A stretch of 64,000 nt of DNA from Alloascoidea hylecoeti (Eukaryota). The first letter of the stretch is position 1. Every line of letters begins with the position of its first letter. The position numbers were made by a program, and so were the translations under genes. Below, in pieces: positions 61,253 through 64,000 of this stretch. The notes under the pieces were generated by a model, which had not been told where the DNA came from, ran no database searches, and was given only the letters and a program-made list of their open reading frames with translations. The stretch spans positions 124,001-188,000 of the forward strand of contig BCKZ01000008.1 of the NCBI GenBank assembly GCA_001600815.1, given 5' to 3'.

Positions 61253-61500
61253 GATTATAATTGTTTTTTGTTTTGTTATCTTTTTCTTACTTTTAAATGA
61301 TGATTATACCACACTGGAGGAGTTTGTAGCATATAAATATTTTCAAATCAAAAAAAAAAAGGAGATACCGGAAAATTGCATTAGCTTACAGGTACAGTGG
61401 CAGTTCATCAGATAGGATAAGATATGATACAGGCGCTTACACCATCTAGAACTACTGCTCCACCTTCTGGCATCTTAGAGACCAAAAAGATCTTTTTTTT

Positions 61501-61560
61501 TTGAAAGCTGTAAGAAGATCTCTTGGATATTTGAAAGGCAGTAAGGAATTTGGATTATAG
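61501..61560 (+). mobile_element. Ty1/copia reverse transcriptase C-terminal fragment
   Basis: LKAVRRSLGYLKGSKEFGL* resembles copia AVKRVLRYLKGTxxxGL. Confidence 0.6.
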
Positions 61561-61721
61561 TAATTTATACCAAAGAAAAGCAGCTTGATTCGAAGTTGAT
61601 GCGCTTAGGTAGCCACGACAATCAGTGGTCACATGATTCCGTGTTCTGGGTAAGTTGCATGAGTGTGCCGCGAGTTCAGAAAATCATCTTTAAAATTTAT
61701 TGAACGACGCTGAAAGCTTGT

Positions 61722-61824
61722 ACAATCCTTAAAAAAACACCAGTTTTTTCTGTGTCTCACCCAAGATGAGTACACAGCTTTTATATAGGCAATGGATAAA
61801 TTTATTAAATGTTAAAATAGTTTA
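61722..61824 (+). repeat. ~105-bp dispersed repeat, copy B
   Basis: Similar to 27247-27355. Confidence 0.6.
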
Positions 61825-62128
61825 TATAACATCATTACCCATGGCTATGTCCTTATATACTATATACCATGGCGCCATGGCCATGTTATAGACATTCAGC
61901 CTCCTTTCTAATAAGTTTCACCAAATAATTACTTCAGGCCGGGTACTACCTTAAATGGCAAAGCTTGCTGGATACCACTCCAAATAAATAAGTCAATATT
62001 ATAGCCAGACACTGTAAATACATAAACACTCTATAAAGCCATAACTGCGCTGAAAATACATTCTATTAGAATCTTAATAGTTATTAGAGGATCTGTGATA
62101 TGGAAATGTGAGATGATAAATTTTTCTA

Positions 62129-62322
62129 CATCTCTTGAAGATGTTTTTCCTAATGCGGAAATCATCATCAGATATCTCCCTACCCAAAACCTCTTCGAAC
62201 TTTGATAATATCTTTTCTGAATTAAAAGGATAAATTCCATTAGTTGCGAATCCTGATAGAATAATTTTAAGGATTATATATTCAGCGCTTAACTTCTGGT
62301 ATATTTTAATGAAATTATTTTT
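62129..62322 (-). repeat. Left arm of a perfect 194-bp inverted repeat (pogo-type transposase fragment) abutting the gap
   Basis: Exact reverse complement of 62783-62976; encodes IILSGFATNGIYPFNSEKIL (DDE_1 C-terminal motif). Confidence 0.85.
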
Positions 62323-62782
62323 NNNNNNNNNNNNNNNNNNNNNNNNNNNNNNNNNNNNNNNNNNNNNNNNNNNNNNNNNNNNNNNNNNNNNNNNNNNNNN
62401 NNNNNNNNNNNNNNNNNNNNNNNNNNNNNNNNNNNNNNNNNNNNNNNNNNNNNNNNNNNNNNNNNNNNNNNNNNNNNNNNNNNNNNNNNNNNNNNNNNNN
62501 NNNNNNNNNNNNNNNNNNNNNNNNNNNNNNNNNNNNNNNNNNNNNNNNNNNNNNNNNNNNNNNNNNNNNNNNNNNNNNNNNNNNNNNNNNNNNNNNNNNN
62601 NNNNNNNNNNNNNNNNNNNNNNNNNNNNNNNNNNNNNNNNNNNNNNNNNNNNNNNNNNNNNNNNNNNNNNNNNNNNNNNNNNNNNNNNNNNNNNNNNNNN
62701 NNNNNNNNNNNNNNNNNNNNNNNNNNNNNNNNNNNNNNNNNNNNNNNNNNNNNNNNNNNNNNNNNNNNNNNNNNNNNNNNNN
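62323..62782. other. Assembly gap (460 N)
   Basis: Run of N. Confidence 1.
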
Positions 62783-62976
62783 AAAAATAATTTCATTAAA
62801 ATATACCAGAAGTTAAGCGCTGAATATATAATCCTTAAAATTATTCTATCAGGATTCGCAACTAATGGAATTTATCCTTTTAATTCAGAAAAGATATTAT
62901 CAAAGTTCGAAGAGGTTTTGGGTAGGGAGATATCTGATGATGATTTCCGCATTAGGAAAAACATCTTCAAGAGATG
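62783..62976 (+). repeat. Right arm of the 194-bp inverted repeat
   Basis: Exact reverse complement of 62129-62322. Confidence 0.85.
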
Positions 62977-63616
62977 GACGCAGGAAGCTTAAATTTCCAC
63001 GCTAAGTGATCAAAGATCCCTCTAAAACCTATTCTAAGAGGGGAAAGTTACTAATCATACACAATTATCTGGAGATAACAAAGAGAGATGTATGTCGGAA
63101 TATTGGAATAAGTGAGCTGCTCAATACGCAAAATCGAAAATACATTATCAGAATTATCAGATTAAATGTTAATATTTATATTTGTTTCTGGATTTAAAAT
63201 TCGTGCTTAAAATGTAACAATTTTGTGTAGTCCAGTAGCTTTCCTGGGTTCGATAGCCTTTTATATATATTCATTCAATTTTTTTTTTTTAGTCCAAGAG
63301 CAACGTCACTTATGTTGTACTCTTCAATTTTGTTATATTTAAATTTATTTCAAAGAAACTTCTAGTCAAAATACACCAATTACTACTGATGATGGGTTGC
63401 TCTCTTCTAAATCAGGACAAAGAGCCTACAATTAATAAAATACCTATGGCCGACTACAACAAAAATCATTCAATGATGTTGTTTCAATCCCCTGATGCAA
63501 TTGTTCCAATCGTTGAGGAACCAGAACCATCATACAATGATGATGATGATAATAATAACATTGAATTTAATGTTTCAAAGCCAAATATCCCCAAAAAATT
63601 TAATGAATCTTATATT

Positions 63617-63810
63617 CAATGTAATGTTAAACGATTAAAAATGAACCTAAGGCTTTGGGCTAATATCACAGTCTAAGTATTACCATTAATCCCTCCTTAA
63701 GATTCAGAAGTTGACAAATTGGTTAAGCCTTTCTTTGGTATGACCATCAACAAATCACACGGAAAAACATTTCATATTACAGGTGTGAACAATACTTCTC
63801 ACATGGCCAT
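63617..63810 (+). mobile_element. Helitron-type Pif1-family helicase remnant
   Basis: VKRLKMNLR, LPLIP, FGMTINKSHGKTF (cf. FAMTINKSQGQT) and frameshifted FSHG (63796; cf. FSHGQLY), in the right order; stops and deletions. Confidence 0.6.
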
Positions 63811-64000
63811 GGGGTTTTCATAGGAGGTTTAAAATATAAACATTAATATTATTTATATTATTGTATCTAGATAAAGATATAAGTATTGTTCGAATTCACA
63901 CCTGTAACATGAAATGTTTGACCTTGAGATTTATTGATGATCATACCAAAGCAAGGCCTGACCGGAAACTGAGTCCTCACAGAACAAACACTGTAGTCAT

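Noticed and set aside
62074..62992. Two ORFs spanning the N gap
   Set aside because: Artefacts of translating N

Overview
AT-rich fungal nuclear DNA, most consistent with a budding yeast (Saccharomycotina) that has short (55-63 nt) GTAAG[T/A]...YAG introns. The window holds about 16 intact protein genes: a single-pass membrane protein with Atg39-like architecture, NUP49, an aquaglyceroporin, an Hnm1/Uga4-type permease, a SUN-domain protein, a 94-aa probable GPI protein, an Ada-type Zn-finger/AraC-HTH protein, an F-box protein, a 3-exon GNAT, an AQY1-type aquaporin, ERG11/CYP51, a 2-exon EXO1, an SREBP-like bHLH, a TEA/Tec1-like factor, a GAP1-like permease and a 2-exon Zn2Cys6 factor. It also has two tRNA genes (Pro-UGG, Ala-AGC). 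The long intergenic regions contain many relics the ORF track misses: five Tc1-type transposase fragments, pogo/Fot1 fragments, L1/Zorro-like LINE fragments behind the tRNA-Pro gene, copia, probable hAT and Helitron-type fragments, a mitochondrial LAGLIDADG NUMT, a decayed PRP4 kinase gene, and a perfect 194-bp inverted repeat around the assembly gap. The best leads are the PRP4 kinase pseudogene, the adjacent SREBP-like/TEA factor pair, the Atg39-like and Ada-like proteins, a CYP51 with an altered GQHT signature, and the transposon diversity. All calls come from manual translation and motif recognition; no database searches were run, and relic boundaries are approximate.
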